This document shows positions 1 through 11,600 of a stretch of 64,000 nucleotides of DNA, piece by piece. The stretch comes from Eledone cirrhosa (taxonomy: Eukaryota). How positions within the stretch are numbered: the first letter of the stretch is position 1; the number at the start of each line of letters is the position of its first letter. Where the stretch lies: positions 151,342,001 to 151,406,000 of the forward strand of contig OZ024743.1 in assembly GCA_964016885.1 (NCBI GenBank), written 5' to 3'. Position numbers and translations under genes: made by a program. The notes under the pieces were generated by a model. The model did no database searches. It saw only the letters and a program-made list of their open reading frames with translations, and was not told where the DNA came from.

Positions 1-39
1 ATGAGAACTCTTTAATCATGTGTAATACAAGACAGCCTC

Positions 40-362
40 ACTGGTACTGGTACCATGAAAAAATATACGCAGTACACACTATAAAGTAATCAGTTAATGA
101 GCAACAAGGGGCAAGAAAAGCCCTTTAATCTGGTCAAGGACATGACAACTTCTGTAGTGTTAGTTTCTTGATAAAATGTAACCAATAAACTCTGTAATGG
201 GGTTGGTGTTAAGGAGAGAATCCAGCTAAAGAAACCATGACAAAGTGAAACCTGTGACTCTCTGAATCATTTAGGAGGGCAGTAACTCCAAATAAGAACT
301 GTGACAGCTCATCTAACCCATGCCAACATGGAAAGTGGATGTTAAATAATGATGATGATGAT
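40..362 (+). repeat. Degenerate RTE/SINE 3'-tail fragments ending in (GAT)n
   Basis: ctgtaatggggttggtgttaagg...ccagct...ctaacccatgccaacatggaaagtggatgttaaataatgatgatgatg matches the 3' end of the RTE copy at 32790-32970. Confidence 0.75.
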
Positions 363-1133
363 TAGCATAAATATATAAAAAAAAATGTTCAAACAATTGT
401 ATAGATTTTATCAGATGAAAACGACTGTTTAAAGTAAAAAATGTTATTGTAAGTCATATAATCTGAACATTGCCTTTATACTTTAAAAAATAATGAGAAA
501 AAAATGTTAAGCTATTTTCATAGTTCAAAAAGCCTTTCGTCATCATCATCATCATAGTTTTTACATCGCTTGAACTAAAAATAGAAACCATTTAACTTCA
601 CTGAATCCCAAACCAAATGGGTGAAGTCCATTCTTTGAGGGAAAATAAAGAGAATGTAATTTTTTTTATGTACATACAAAATTGTCTTCCCATAAATAAA
701 ATTTCTCTGTTTTTCATTATTTCCAATCATTTTAAAAGCAATTTGAAATATGATGACATTAACTATCAATTAATAAAATTGTGAATTACTGTGAATATAT
801 GAAATATAATATATAATTTGATAAATCTATTTTAATATGAGAGTTGCTAATGGTTGAAATAATATGACATTTAACTGAAGAATTGCTAATGTACATCCCA
901 TCACTCTCTTGCCTTCATTACCAAGTCCGCTTAGAACTGCTAGTCAACTTGCATTTGAGTTTATCTCCATTCATAACTGTGGCCAGATAAGGATCAAGGG
1001 TTCAAGGGGTTTTATTTCTATGTTCATTACTCAAAAACATCCCAACAAAGACCCATAGGCTACTTTTAGGTAAAGAGCTGGGGAAAGGTGGAGTGGGATT
1101 AATACAACACAATCTCTATATATAAATGCTTAT

Positions 1134-1344
1134 TTAATGCTTTATCATTTACATTCCTCATATTTACTATTGTATTTTCACGGTAAAGGCTTTACCTCAC
1201 ATAATTTTGAAACTACAAGATTTTGATATTATTTTGAGAAAAATACCTTAACATAAGTATGAGTAGTTGGTTATGGCTGGTTTGAACAAAAAGAGGTGAG
1301 GAAATCCTGGCCTGATACGGCTGGTTTAAATGCTAAAGGGTTAA
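1134..1344. mobile_element. piggyBac-like MITE, family A
   Basis: Right end taaatgctaaagggttaa; left end degenerate ttaatgctttatcattta; body matches 38416, 55075 and 55787 copies; TTAA flanks and CCCTT termini are piggyBac hallmarks. Confidence 0.75.
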
Positions 1345-1917
1345 GTAAACCAACAAAGGATGTCAGGAAAACAATTGATAAAAGATTTACAATATTTCCC
1401 AGTTCATGACCCCTTTTTTGGGGTGAAAAAAAATCACGAAAGGTCACCCTACATCATATTACTAAAAGATTGGGCTGTAAAAGGTCATTTGACAACTGGG
1501 TCCAGTCCTGCATAAGCCCACTGTTACAATCCATTACCTATTTATTAGTTTTGTAATGTATTGATGATAACTAGTGAGTAACTAGTGAGTTTACAAGGGT
1601 TTACCAGCACCAGTAATATCAATATTACTTGTTTCATTTGGTTTATGATGAATTGATGATAACTCGCATATCATTTATAAGTAGAAACAAGATGTACAAC
1701 TGAAGTAGATGCTGCCTGAAGAAGTTTGTTGATGGAAATCTTATCAAGTCCCTACACCACACCCATCCAGTGTTGCACACAGATCCTTGCCTGGGGTTTT
1801 AAGGTTTCAAGGTCGTTAAGTGTGTATGAATCTTAAAAATTGAGCAAACTAGAAGGTGCTGCTCCATACTTTGTAATTGCCCACAATGGCAGTTGAAATC
1901 ATAATCATGGTGAAAAT

Positions 1918-1986
1918 GATTCTATCAGATATGCAATAACTGGTCAGTTTATGAAGCAATCCTCAATACCACACCTTGTCAAATGT
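1918..1986 (-). pseudogene. CR1-clade LINE RT fragment
   Basis: Minus strand reads TFDKVWY*GLLHKLTSYCISDRI, similar to the CR1-type KAFDKVWHxGLLHKLxSYGI motif. Confidence 0.65.
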
Positions 1987-2134
1987 TTGTGGGTGGGGTT
2001 GCTGTTCTTATTCAGATTTGTAAACAATAAATATGAAGATATATTTTTTTTCTCATAATTATTTTAAAATATCTATATTTTATTTTAAAAAAAATCAAAA
2101 TTGTAATGATAATCGAATTTAAAATGAAAATGTG

Positions 2135-2406
2135 TCAATCTTCAAGCACCTCAGGGTAAACAATATTCATTGTTTAATTTTTTGTTGGTGTCCAAATGAA
2201 TAAATTGTTGCTGCTTCCAACTCATGAGCAACCAACATAGAGTTGACCGTGAGAGAAACATGTAGTAGAGAGATCAAGTCCAACTGCTTTGAGGGATTGA
2301 CCCCGAGATTTGTTAATTTTAATAAACTTAGTTTGACTGGAAACTGAAGCCTCTTAAATTCAAATAGAGCAGCTGTTGGTATGAGAGGAATTTTTAGAAT
2401 AAAGAC
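2135..2406 (-). pseudogene. Helitron Pif1-like helicase C-terminal remnant
   Basis: Minus strand reads [26 protein letters not shown], a frameshift, then [33 protein letters not shown]...NIVYPEVLED*; these are Pif1 motifs V/VI and the Helitron RepHel terminus. Confidence 0.85.
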
Positions 2407-3040
2407 TTTTTAAAAGTATTGTAAACAAATAAGTATCAACACCTAAAAGAAATATATATTAATCTCTATATACACTCACACAAACATACTTATAAAAAAA
2501 TACACAGACATACATTCATACAAACACACACAGAGTTTCACCCCCCAGCACTTCGTTATGTGTCGTCACAGAAATATATGTATACTCACACATACACTCA
2601 CACACATATACTTGTCAGTCATCACATATGTATCTGTATGTGTTGATGTGTGTGTATGTAACTTACTAAGGCCTAACATACGTAACGAACGCGCAAACAC
2701 ACACATACTCACAGACACACACATATACAAAATGCGACATCGTTGTCGTTGCCATGTTATAAAATATCTGTTTACTTATAGTTGACTATAGCAGATTATT
2801 TTAGATAAAATGTTATATTGCTTTAATCCAAGTGAAAATAAAAATTACATGTTAATCCCGGGGTCTAATAATATTTATTACCTTGTAAAATTTGATTTGA
2901 TTTGGTCAAGCCGTTTGAGAACGCATAAGGAAAAGACAGACAGAGATAAAGAATTTTATATAGAGAGAGATGTAAGTAGTGGACTTTATAAACCAAGAAC
3001 CAATACTGCATGTCACTAAGGAGATAGGCTTCCATCTTTT

Positions 3041-3260
3041 TTTAGCCCCAGCTCAGTCCTGATCAAGCAGGCCAATGATCAAGAGTATTTCAGGTATGAT
3101 CATCCTGCCTTGTTGTTTTCAAACAAAGTACATAAGATTACATGAATGAATGCGACCTACTATTCTTTTTTAAAAAGACTGTAAAGTGTAATTTTAGAGA
3201 GTGATTTGTCTGCTATTTCTAGCAGGTCAAACAACCATGTAAGAGCTCCCTTGATGGTTC
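3041..3260. repeat. Old unclassified SINE-like dispersed repeat
   Basis: tttagccccag...gatcaagcag...gatttg(g)ctgctatttctagcaggtc recurs at about 10355-10625, 12700-12900 (rc), 18390-18570, 28400-28470 (rc), 37470-37620, 41775-41945, 48560-48715 and 52280-52330. Confidence 0.65.
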
Positions 3261-3662
3261 ATTAACTTTTGGTTAAAAATATTGGTATTAATTCTGAGTG
3301 CTATGAGAACATTGCTTTAAGAATTCATATAATAAGCAGTGTAATTGGCTTTCAAATTCTGTAAACTGAAACTAAACTATCTTATCATAAAATATATTTC
3401 AATTGTTAATGTCTTAATTATGCTCAACTGATTCAATTTCTATATTGATAATGAAAATACAAAGAGATTTACTTCCCAGTACCTTAATCCTTTTGAGGAA
3501 ACAATATCATAGATAAATCACTATTAATTGCTAAATAATTGAACTGAAAATTAGAAATGAGAGTATCATCAAGAAATAAGATACAATTAGTAATTAGAAA
3601 CAAGATATGTGATCTCAGTTTTGTGAAGATTGTTGAAGAAAAACAAATCATTATTTCGTTGA

Positions 3663-3962
3663 ATATATACACATACATATATATTAACATACAAACATAT
3701 ATACACATATATACACACACATACACACATATATACATACACACACATATATATATACATACATATATACATACACACATATATATACATATACATACAC
3801 ACATATATACATACATGCACACATATATACATACACACACATACATACATGCATATACATACACATGCATATATACATACACACATACATATATACACAT
3901 ACAGAAATAGCCGTCGAAACGGCTTGAGCTCTGGTGTCGTGGTCTTGAACATTTTCCTATAT

Positions 3963-4007
<45 letters not shown>

Positions 4008-4128
4008 TACATACATACACATATATATAGATACACACACATACATATATACATATATATATACATGTATACACGTGTATATATATATATATACACGTGT
4101 GTATGTATGTGTGTGTATATATATATAT

Positions 4129-4178
<50 letters not shown>
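3663..4178. repeat. Compound (TA)n/(CA)n/(TACA)n microsatellite with a ~55-bp unique island at 3903-3958
   Basis: Read directly; it explains the overlapping low-complexity Y/I/H/T and V/C/M/Y ORFs. Confidence 0.95.
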
Positions 4179-4179
<1 letters not shown>

Positions 4180-4181
<2 letters not shown>

Positions 4182-4569
4182 GAAGAGAGAAGAAACATTT
4201 AGATATAATTAGTAATAAAATGTATCATACCTAAACTGTTCCTAAATTCCTCGACTACGTAGTTTCGTGGCATAAACAAAAACAATATATCAAAGATATA
4301 TCTACCAGATAAATCTACCAAAAGTTTACGGTAGTGTCCAATCCGTATGAAGAACTCAATGTAATCCGGATATCATGGAAAGAAGAGATGCATTCAAAAA
4401 TCACTTTCGGTGAAAGATAAACGGAATACAGAGTCAAGATAAAATGTTAAAAAAATAATGAATAAAACAATGAAACAGTTCCTTATATTAAACAAAAAAA
4501 TGAAATAATAATGAACTTTTTTTGTTTAATATAAGGAACTGTTTCATTGTTTTATTCATTATTTTTTTA

Positions 4570-4578
<9 letters not shown>
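4180..4578 (-). repeat. Microsatellite-embedded element with a terminal perfect inverted repeat (possible Penelope-type terminal repeat remnant)
   Basis: Perfect 62-bp arms at 4439-4500 and 4517-4578; rc motif GAAACTACGTAGTC at 4253-4266; flanked by (TA)n on both sides; the Penelope attribution is inference. Confidence 0.5.
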
Positions 4579-4638
<60 letters not shown>

Positions 4639-4640
<2 letters not shown>

Positions 4641-5250
4641 TGGCTGCCAACTCGTTTTCGAGTACGGCCACTACTTTATATCCATGTAGAAGAACCCCTA
4701 CCGATGCGCTGAACGAGTGTGACTTTTTAGTCCAGCCAGCGACTTGAAAACTCTGGTACAAACACTACACTTGTGACAATTATTGACACATAGTACTGGG
4801 CCCATGGTACCATGTGACGACAAGTGCAGAGAGATCCCCAGATATAAAGCAATGCCTGTGCCGTGAAGCTTTTATAGTGAGCAAAGGCACTGCACAAAGC
4901 CAGTCCCACTCTCTTAACCAAGATGATATTTACCAAAAAGAAGAACAAGTCAACATCATTGGATACCATCAGGGTTGCAGGTGTTATATCAGAGTTTTCC
5001 TTCTCCTAGAATTCTGCCTTGACAAAGGTTAAGGGGTCATCTCTCCCGGTGATTTTGGATGGCCATTGACTCTTAAGAGCTCCTTTGCCCTTTGACAGGT
5101 TTTGTTTTTAGACCTGCAGGATGTCCAAAGTCACCCTCTTCACCAAGAAACCTTGGTGGGGGTGGCCAGTTTAGTCGCCAACGACCCGACCATGAGACAG
5201 GTTGTACTGGGATACATGTTACCAGTAGCACCAACTGGTGACCTGACATA
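4639..5250 (-). mobile_element. Bipartite non-autonomous RTE derivative (5' UTR joined to C2H2-finger 3' end)
   Basis: RTE 5'-UTR motif ctaggagaaggaaaactctg (rc of 4991-5010); 3' part encodes HKCSVCTRVFKSLAGLKSHTRSAHR* (4698-4775); then a hairpin ctcgaaaacgag and an (AT)n tail. Confidence 0.75.
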
Positions 5251-5287
5251 AATATATATTATACATACATATGTGTGTGTGTGTGTA

Positions 5288-6330
5288 TATATATATTATC
5301 ATTGTCATCATCACCGTTTTGTGTCCATTTTCCACGCTAGCATGGGTTAAACGAGTTGTCCTTTTTAAGGCAACTCGAGGTCAGATGGCCATGACTTGCT
5401 CATACAGAACCGATTTTGGCTTGGTTTCTACAGCTGGAACCCTTCCTAATGCCAACCACATTTACTGGATGTTTTTTCTCGTGACACCTACACGGCCACC
5501 TTACAGTGTAGGTTGAGCATTTTTGTTGTGTCGCCATCACAACCACTTTACCTTGTGGGCTGGAGGCTATGGTGGAAAGGGTGTGTGGGGATTAGGGAGG
5601 TGGTTATATGAGCATGTGTGAGGGGCAGAGTGATAGGGACATGGGCGGTGTGTGGAAGGAGGGGGGAGTAGACGGTGGTGCGCATGGGAGGTGTATGGGA
5701 GGGGAGTGGAGGTGAACATGAATGCTATATGTTTGCTTCAGCATGTTCTCATGGGAAGGTGAGTCTTCTGTATTACTGCATAACGCCCGAGTCTCAGTCC
5801 TGTGTTATCGCCTTTGAGAGGTGCAATAGTGCAAGGTCACCTCATCCCAAGTCTTCCTGGATCTTCCTACTCCATGGCTTCCATCAACTTTGAGCACTTT
5901 GCATCTTTTTATACAGCTGTCATCCTTCATATGCATCACATGTCCAAACCACTGCAATCTCCTCTCCTGCACACTGCATTTGATTCCTCTTATGCCTAGT
6001 TTCTCTCTCAGTTTGTTTATGCTTTGCCATTCACATATATTACTATTACACATTGAAGTATGCAAGCTTCATTTCTTTCTAAGTCTTCTGCACACAGTGC
6101 CCAGACCTCACTACCATGCAAAATTGCTGCTTCTACCGAACCTTCCCAGAATGTGATAGTGTTTATTTCCTGTGGCCGTTTGCTGCTTACTGCTCCAGTG
6201 CAATAGCTACATGTAAAACCTACGTTCTTAGCTAAACTACTTGAGATCCCACTACATTTCTTGTGTACCCATAGTTTGCATTCGGGACAGTGGATGGAAT
6301 TTATACCTACATCTTTCCTACACACTGAGT
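5288..6330 (-). mobile_element. Decayed 5'-truncated RTE LINE with internal deletion
   Basis: ORF track gives CRKDVGINSIHCPECKLWVHKKCSG...LHGSEVWAL and ERRLQWFGHVMHMKDDSCIKRC; 3' UTR and (GAT)n tail at about 5290-5560. Confidence 0.9.
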
Positions 6331-6334
6331 AAGG

Positions 6335-7475
6335 CTATTTCCCCGAGTGAAGTGGCTAGCCAAATAAAGGGCCTGCGCATCGAAGTCATCAGTTTGGATG
6401 CATAGGCAACGGAGTCGGAGAAATTAGGAGTATAGGATGGAGTATTTTGTGTGTGTGGGGTGGAAGGAGGTGAAATTGAGGTATGAGTGGGAGTCAGTGG
6501 GTTTAAAGAAGGTGGATGTGATAAGTGAGTGATGTGAAGGGTCGATGGAGATGTAGATGTCCAGGAAGTGAATGGAGGTGGTGAAGTCGAGGGTTGGGTG
6601 GAAGGAGCAGAAGAAAGAAAGAAAAGAGTCAAGCTGTTCTCAGGTGAATGCGGTCGCCCCGATGCAGTCGTCTATGTAATGGCTGTATAGCTTGAGGATG
6701 TGGCTGGTATATTGGACAAAAATTTGGGCTTCAACATAGCTCAAAAATATGTTGGCATAGTTAGGGCCCATTCTTGTGTCCATGGCCACCCCGATAACCT
6801 TTTGGTAGAACTCACCCAAGAAAGAAAAGCAGTTAAGGGTGAGGACCAGCTCGCTGAGGCAGATGAATGTGAAGAGTAGAGGGTAGGGGCGAAGGTCGAG
6901 GAAGTGTTGAAGGGCACATTGGCCATTGGAATGGGGGATGACTGTGTAAAGGGATTTGAAATCTAGGGTGAAAGAGCAGGGGGTGGGTCAGGTAGAAAGG
7001 TAAAGGAGTCAAAGAGGCAGAGGCCGTGGTTGGTGTCAGAAATGTGGGAGGGGAGGGTGGTTACTAGGGGTGTGAGAATATAGTCGAGATAGGTGGAGAT
7101 AAGTTCGGTGAGGCAGTTGCAGGCAGGGATGATGGGGTGACCAGAGATATCAGGTTTGTGAATTTGGAGGAAGAAATAGATGGTAGGGGTTCATGGTGTG
7201 CAAATGATGAGGTTGGTGGTGGTGCAGGATATGAGGCGACAAGGTGTTGGATGGTAGAGGATACTTGCTGCTGGAAATAAGGGGTGGGGTTGGAGGGGGT
7301 TACAAAACTGCTGTTGGGCCTCCATCATGTAGAGGTCAGCGCACCACATCACCATGGTGCCACTCTTGTCCGCTGGTTTCATGACGATGTCATCACGGTT
7401 TCAGAGGTAGCGGAGAGCAGCGAGTTGAACTGACAGAGGTTGCTCCATTTGGAGCATTGGCAGGCATCGATGAAG
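6335..7475 (-). mobile_element. Penelope-like element RT remnant
   Basis: Minus strand reads KPADKSGTMVMW..DLY, IYFFLQIHKPDISGHPII, GVAMDTRMGPNYANIF, YIDDCIGA and KPTDSH; these are PLE RT motifs; frameshifted. Confidence 0.9.
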
Positions 7476-7479
7476 GTAC

Positions 7480-7945
7480 TAAACTGACAAGGTGCTGGGG
7501 GACTGTGTGCAGAGGACCTGCGAAGATTGGATAGAAATGAACCTTCCATGCTTCAATGAATGTGAAATAGCAATATACACAAATGGCAAAGAATAAATGA
7601 ATTGAGAGAGAAACTGGGTATAAGAGGAATCAGATACAGTGTGCAGGAGAGGAGAATGTGATGGTATGGACATGTGATGCATATGAAGGATGACAGCTGT
7701 ATAAAAAGGTGCACATATCTTGTATGCACTACCTTCCCTCTGCACCTTTCATACACCTCCACATCCTAACACCCATCTTTGGCCATGCACCTCCCACGTC
7801 CAGACATCCACCCATATCCTAACACTCTACCAACGCACTAAAAACTCTGCACCTAGATCCACCTCTCCAATTCCCACACATCGCCCTCTACCCAAGTCCC
7901 CAGCCCTCACTGTAAAGTGATTGTAATGGTGACATGACAAAAAGC
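7480..7945 (+). mobile_element. RTE LINE C-terminal and 3'-UTR fragment
   Basis: gaggacctgcgaagattggatagaaatga...ggacatgtgatgcatatgaaggatgacagctgtataaaaagg is homologous to the RTE ORF end. Confidence 0.85.
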
Positions 7946-7965
7946 ACATAGCTCACACTGTAAAG

Positions 7966-8985
7966 TGGTTGGATTTGTATCAGGTAGAAGTACCACTGAT
8001 GTTCTCTTCCTTGTGAGCCAACTGCAGGGGTTGTATCTAGCTAAAGGCAAACCCCTATATTTGGCATTTGTCATCCTGGAAAAAGCCTTTGAAAGAGTCC
8101 CCGGTCCCATTATTTGGTGGGCTCGTAGAAAAGCCAGGAATAGATGAGTGGCTTGTGAGGGCAGTACAAGCTATGTATAGAGGAACAGTCACCAAGATTA
8201 GAATTAACAACTATAGTGAAGAATTTAGTTTGCAGGTAGGAATTCAAGGTTCCGTTCTTAGCTCTCACTTATTTATTATTGTCGTCCAGCAGGCTATACC
8301 AGAAGAGTTTAAGACTGGCTGCCTATGAAAGCTTCTGTATGCTGGTGATCTAGTCCTTATAGCAGAATCTATGGCAGCTTTAGAGAAGAAATTCGAAACC
8401 CGGAAGCGAGGCCTAGAATCTAAAGGTCTTAAAGTCAACCTGGAAAAGACCAAAGTCTTAGGATGTAACAGAGTCCAGATTCCCTCAAGGAAATAGCTTT
8501 GTTCAGTTTGTAGGAAAGGAGTAGGTAGAAATTCCATCCTATCATCCAAATGCAAAGTATGGGTACACATGAGATGTAGTCGGATTTCATGGAACGCAGG
8601 TTTTATATGTGGTCATTGCACAAGTGGAGTTTGCAGCAACAGCTCACAGGATTCCAACTCCTTTAAATGCCCAGAGGGCTCAGTAGAAGTAGTTGATAGT
8701 TTCCGTTACTAATGTGACCAAATTAGCAGTAGAGGTGGATATTTCGAAAGTACTCTAGCCACAGAGAATACGGGATGGAGAAAGCTCAGGGAGCTTCTGC
8801 TGCTAACCACAAAAGGTTTTTCATTAAAAATGAATGGCATAGTGTATGATGTGTGTACATGTACAGTAACGATGCATGGAAGTGAGTCCTCTGCCCTGTG
8901 TACAGAGGACCTACAATGATTGGAAAGAAATGAAGCTTCCATGCTTCAATGGATGAGTAATAGTAGTGTGCATGAACGATGAGAC
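7966..8985 (+). mobile_element. Decayed RTE LINE RT region
   Basis: GFVSGRSTTDVLFLVSQLQ..YLAKGKPLYLAFVILEKAFERVP and DEWLVRAVQAMY, followed by a PHD remnant and LERNEASMLQW; many stops and frameshifts. Confidence 0.9.
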
Positions 8986-9290
8986 TATCCAAGCTATATT
9001 TTAAATTAACTTCTCTCTCTCTTTTCTGTGGTTCTTTATTTCAATGTTCAATGCTTTTTAAATGCTTCTGTCTCTCTCAAAGTAAAACCCAGCCCATGTC
9101 TCTATCATCTTGGCATCCCTCCCCCTACCCCACCCCCTCCATTTAGCTGTTTTGGCAGACATGGCTTGTCCCTGCCGCCCCAGTTCTCACAGTTACCCTG
9201 TTACATTGCATGTTATATGTATGTGTATGTATTGTAGCACATGTGCATATACTGTATATAGATTATATTGTATATATATACACATGATGT

Positions 9291-9326
<36 letters not shown>

Positions 9327-9589
9327 TCATCATTTTACGTCCGCTTTTCTCTGCTTGCAAGGGTGTGAAGATATATATATATACATATATTGTGTATTAA
9401 CGTGTGCATGTGTATGTATTTTAGGTGTGTGTGTGCTATGCTCTATGTATTTTGGGTGTGTGTGCTATGCTGTATGCATGTATATATTGTGTATTGTCTG
9501 TGTGTTAATGCATTTTATATATGCACATTGTGTATTATGTATTGTATGTTATATACATGCATATGTGGTTTATATATGGTATATATACA

Positions 9590-9890
9590 CCCAGCCAAAA
9601 CATCATTATGAGCAAGGTATGGTGTGACCAACTGACCAGACTTGCCTTATAACGGTGCCACACAGCTCCACACTGTAAATGTGGGTGCAGCTCACAAACT
9701 ATGGTTCCGCTGTGAGCAGGGTTGAGCATGGTCAAGAGGCCTGTCCCTCCCCATAACAATGCCATCCAGTACCACACTGTAAATGTGGCTGGTGTAGAAA
9801 TCCTAGCCAAATTTACAGTTTGGTCTGAACAAGGTACGGTGCAGCCAATCTGGCCAGATTTGTCTCCTGACATGGGCGACCCGTCTGATA
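9590..9890 (+). repeat. Short tandem array of RTE 3'-UTR modules
   Basis: Repeats tgagcaaggta...ccag.ccacactgtaaatgtgg about 2.5 times; same unit as 33680-34542. Confidence 0.7.
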
Positions 9891-10009
9891 GACGGCCATT
9901 CCAAGAACATTTGCTTGGCAAATTGTTGCAATTGTTTTACAACTAGTGATGTAAAAAAAATACTTAAATATTTCTTAAAATCACATTTTTTTTTTTTGTT
10001 TCAAGTAAT

Positions 10010-10043
<34 letters not shown>

Positions 10044-10676
10044 CGCATGTGTGTATGCTTTTGTGTGTGTTTGTGCATGCATTGTGTTGACTTAAGTATT
10101 TTCTTTACTACTATTGTATGGTGCAATTTATTTTGATATATATAATCTATATACTATCCCACCCAATGTTAAAGGTGAGCTGTGGTTTCTTTGAGAACTA
10201 GTGAAGATAACACATGAAGAAAATGGGTCAATATGATTGATATACAACCACTTTTGACTAAATTTAGCATAGAACAGAGAAAACTGTTGTCTTGGCAGGC
10301 CAGTACATTAGTAGAGATATACCAAGATAAATATACCGAACTCATTTCAAGTTGTTATTGTTTAGCCTCAAGACAAGCCTAACTGAACAAAACATATCAA
10401 AAGGGCAAGACCAGATTTAGACCTTGGTGACCCGAAGCAGTTCAGGTTTGGTGGGCCCCTCATATAACACAAACACACATATATATAAATACATATGTAT
10501 AGTCATGTAAAAAGGGTTATATTGTCTAATATGTTTATCATCTTTTAAAGTGGGAGGATTTTAATGGAGAATTAGCTGCTTTGTCTAGCAGGTCAAGTGG
10601 CCATAAATACACTCTCTTTTTGGCTCGTTCCATTTCATAATGGAGGGGTTGGGGTCAGATCAAACTAGACTGTTAT

Positions 10677-10880
10677 CATCATCATCATCATATATTTACT
10701 TTCCATGCTGGCATGGGTTGGATGGGTTGTCAGTTTATGCTTTCCTACACAACTCAAGAGATCATGTCTCTCTCATACAGTCCAATTTCTGGCATGGTTT
10801 CTATTGCTGAATGACCTTCCTATCACCAACTACTTAACAGAGTGCACTGGATGCATTTTATCATGGCTCCAGCATTGTAT
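10677..10880 (-). repeat. RTE/SINE 3'-tail remnant
   Basis: (CAT)n followed by tttccatgctggcatgggttggatggg...ggtttcta...ccttccta.caccaac; similar remnants at 14722, 20850, 24355, 38715 and 45728. Confidence 0.7.
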
Positions 10881-11189
10881 TTTAATATCATACCAGCATT
10901 AAAAGCATGACTTGATGAAGACAGTAGAGTGTCTACCATTTTTATCTTCTTATGTTCTCAGTTCAAATTTCTGCTTGGGCTACCTTTGTATTTCTCTTTT
11001 CCAAATAGATACCAGGTTTATACTGCATCAATGTAATCAACTATACACCTTCCTTTACAAGTGTGTGATCTTGTCCCGATCAATACCATACAGGAAACAT
11101 AAAACTGGGTGTATAAGGGATACAAACAAGAATTTAAAGTACTAAATCTACTGTTTAATTTTTTTTCTTTTACTTGGTCTGAATAGAGA

Positions 11190-11600
11190 CATACCCTCCA
11201 TTGTCATTAATGTTGTTTAAACTGTATGAAAGACAAGAACAAGTAGGGTATTCCAAAGGGCCAACTTTCTTGGCTGGAAGGACTGAGAATAAATGCAAGG
11301 CCTGGAATGATAAGGTGAAGAGTTACAAGTGAGTTGGGAATGTATGAGTGGAGCTGGCATGAGAGCAGCTAGTTTCAAAGAACAGAGGCCATTGTAATGG
11401 TGATAAAAAAAGCAGCAATAGGTTTCAGCACTTTAAGGGTTCAGAGGCTGGATAGCATCTGTGAGTGAATTTATGCCAATTAACTTCATGATTTTTTTCT
11501 ATGTGCAGCTGCAGCAACACTGTCCCTGGTGTGGGAGCAATATTCCGTTTTGGGTCTCATGCGAGCTTTCCACTAGATGTTCAGTTTGCAGTGTAAGCAA
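11190..11600 (-). pseudogene. CR1-clade LINE ORF2 C-terminal remnant
   Basis: Minus strand reads KARMRPKTEYCSHT...LTDAIQPL...FYHHYNGLCSLKLAALMP, similar to CR1 RPxMEYCSHIW...LFYRYYxGxCSxEL. Confidence 0.7.

Noticed and set aside
3483-3543. Exon-like minus-strand segment (ttttcag acceptor, AAG|GTACTG donor)
   Set aside because: Stops in all three frames; could only be non-coding and cannot be supported without RNA data
3484-4202. Long overlapping ORFs (up to 216 aa), plus similar ones at 9110-9627 and 47976-48227
   Set aside because: Translations of (TA)/(CA) microsatellites, which lack stop codons; no protein signal
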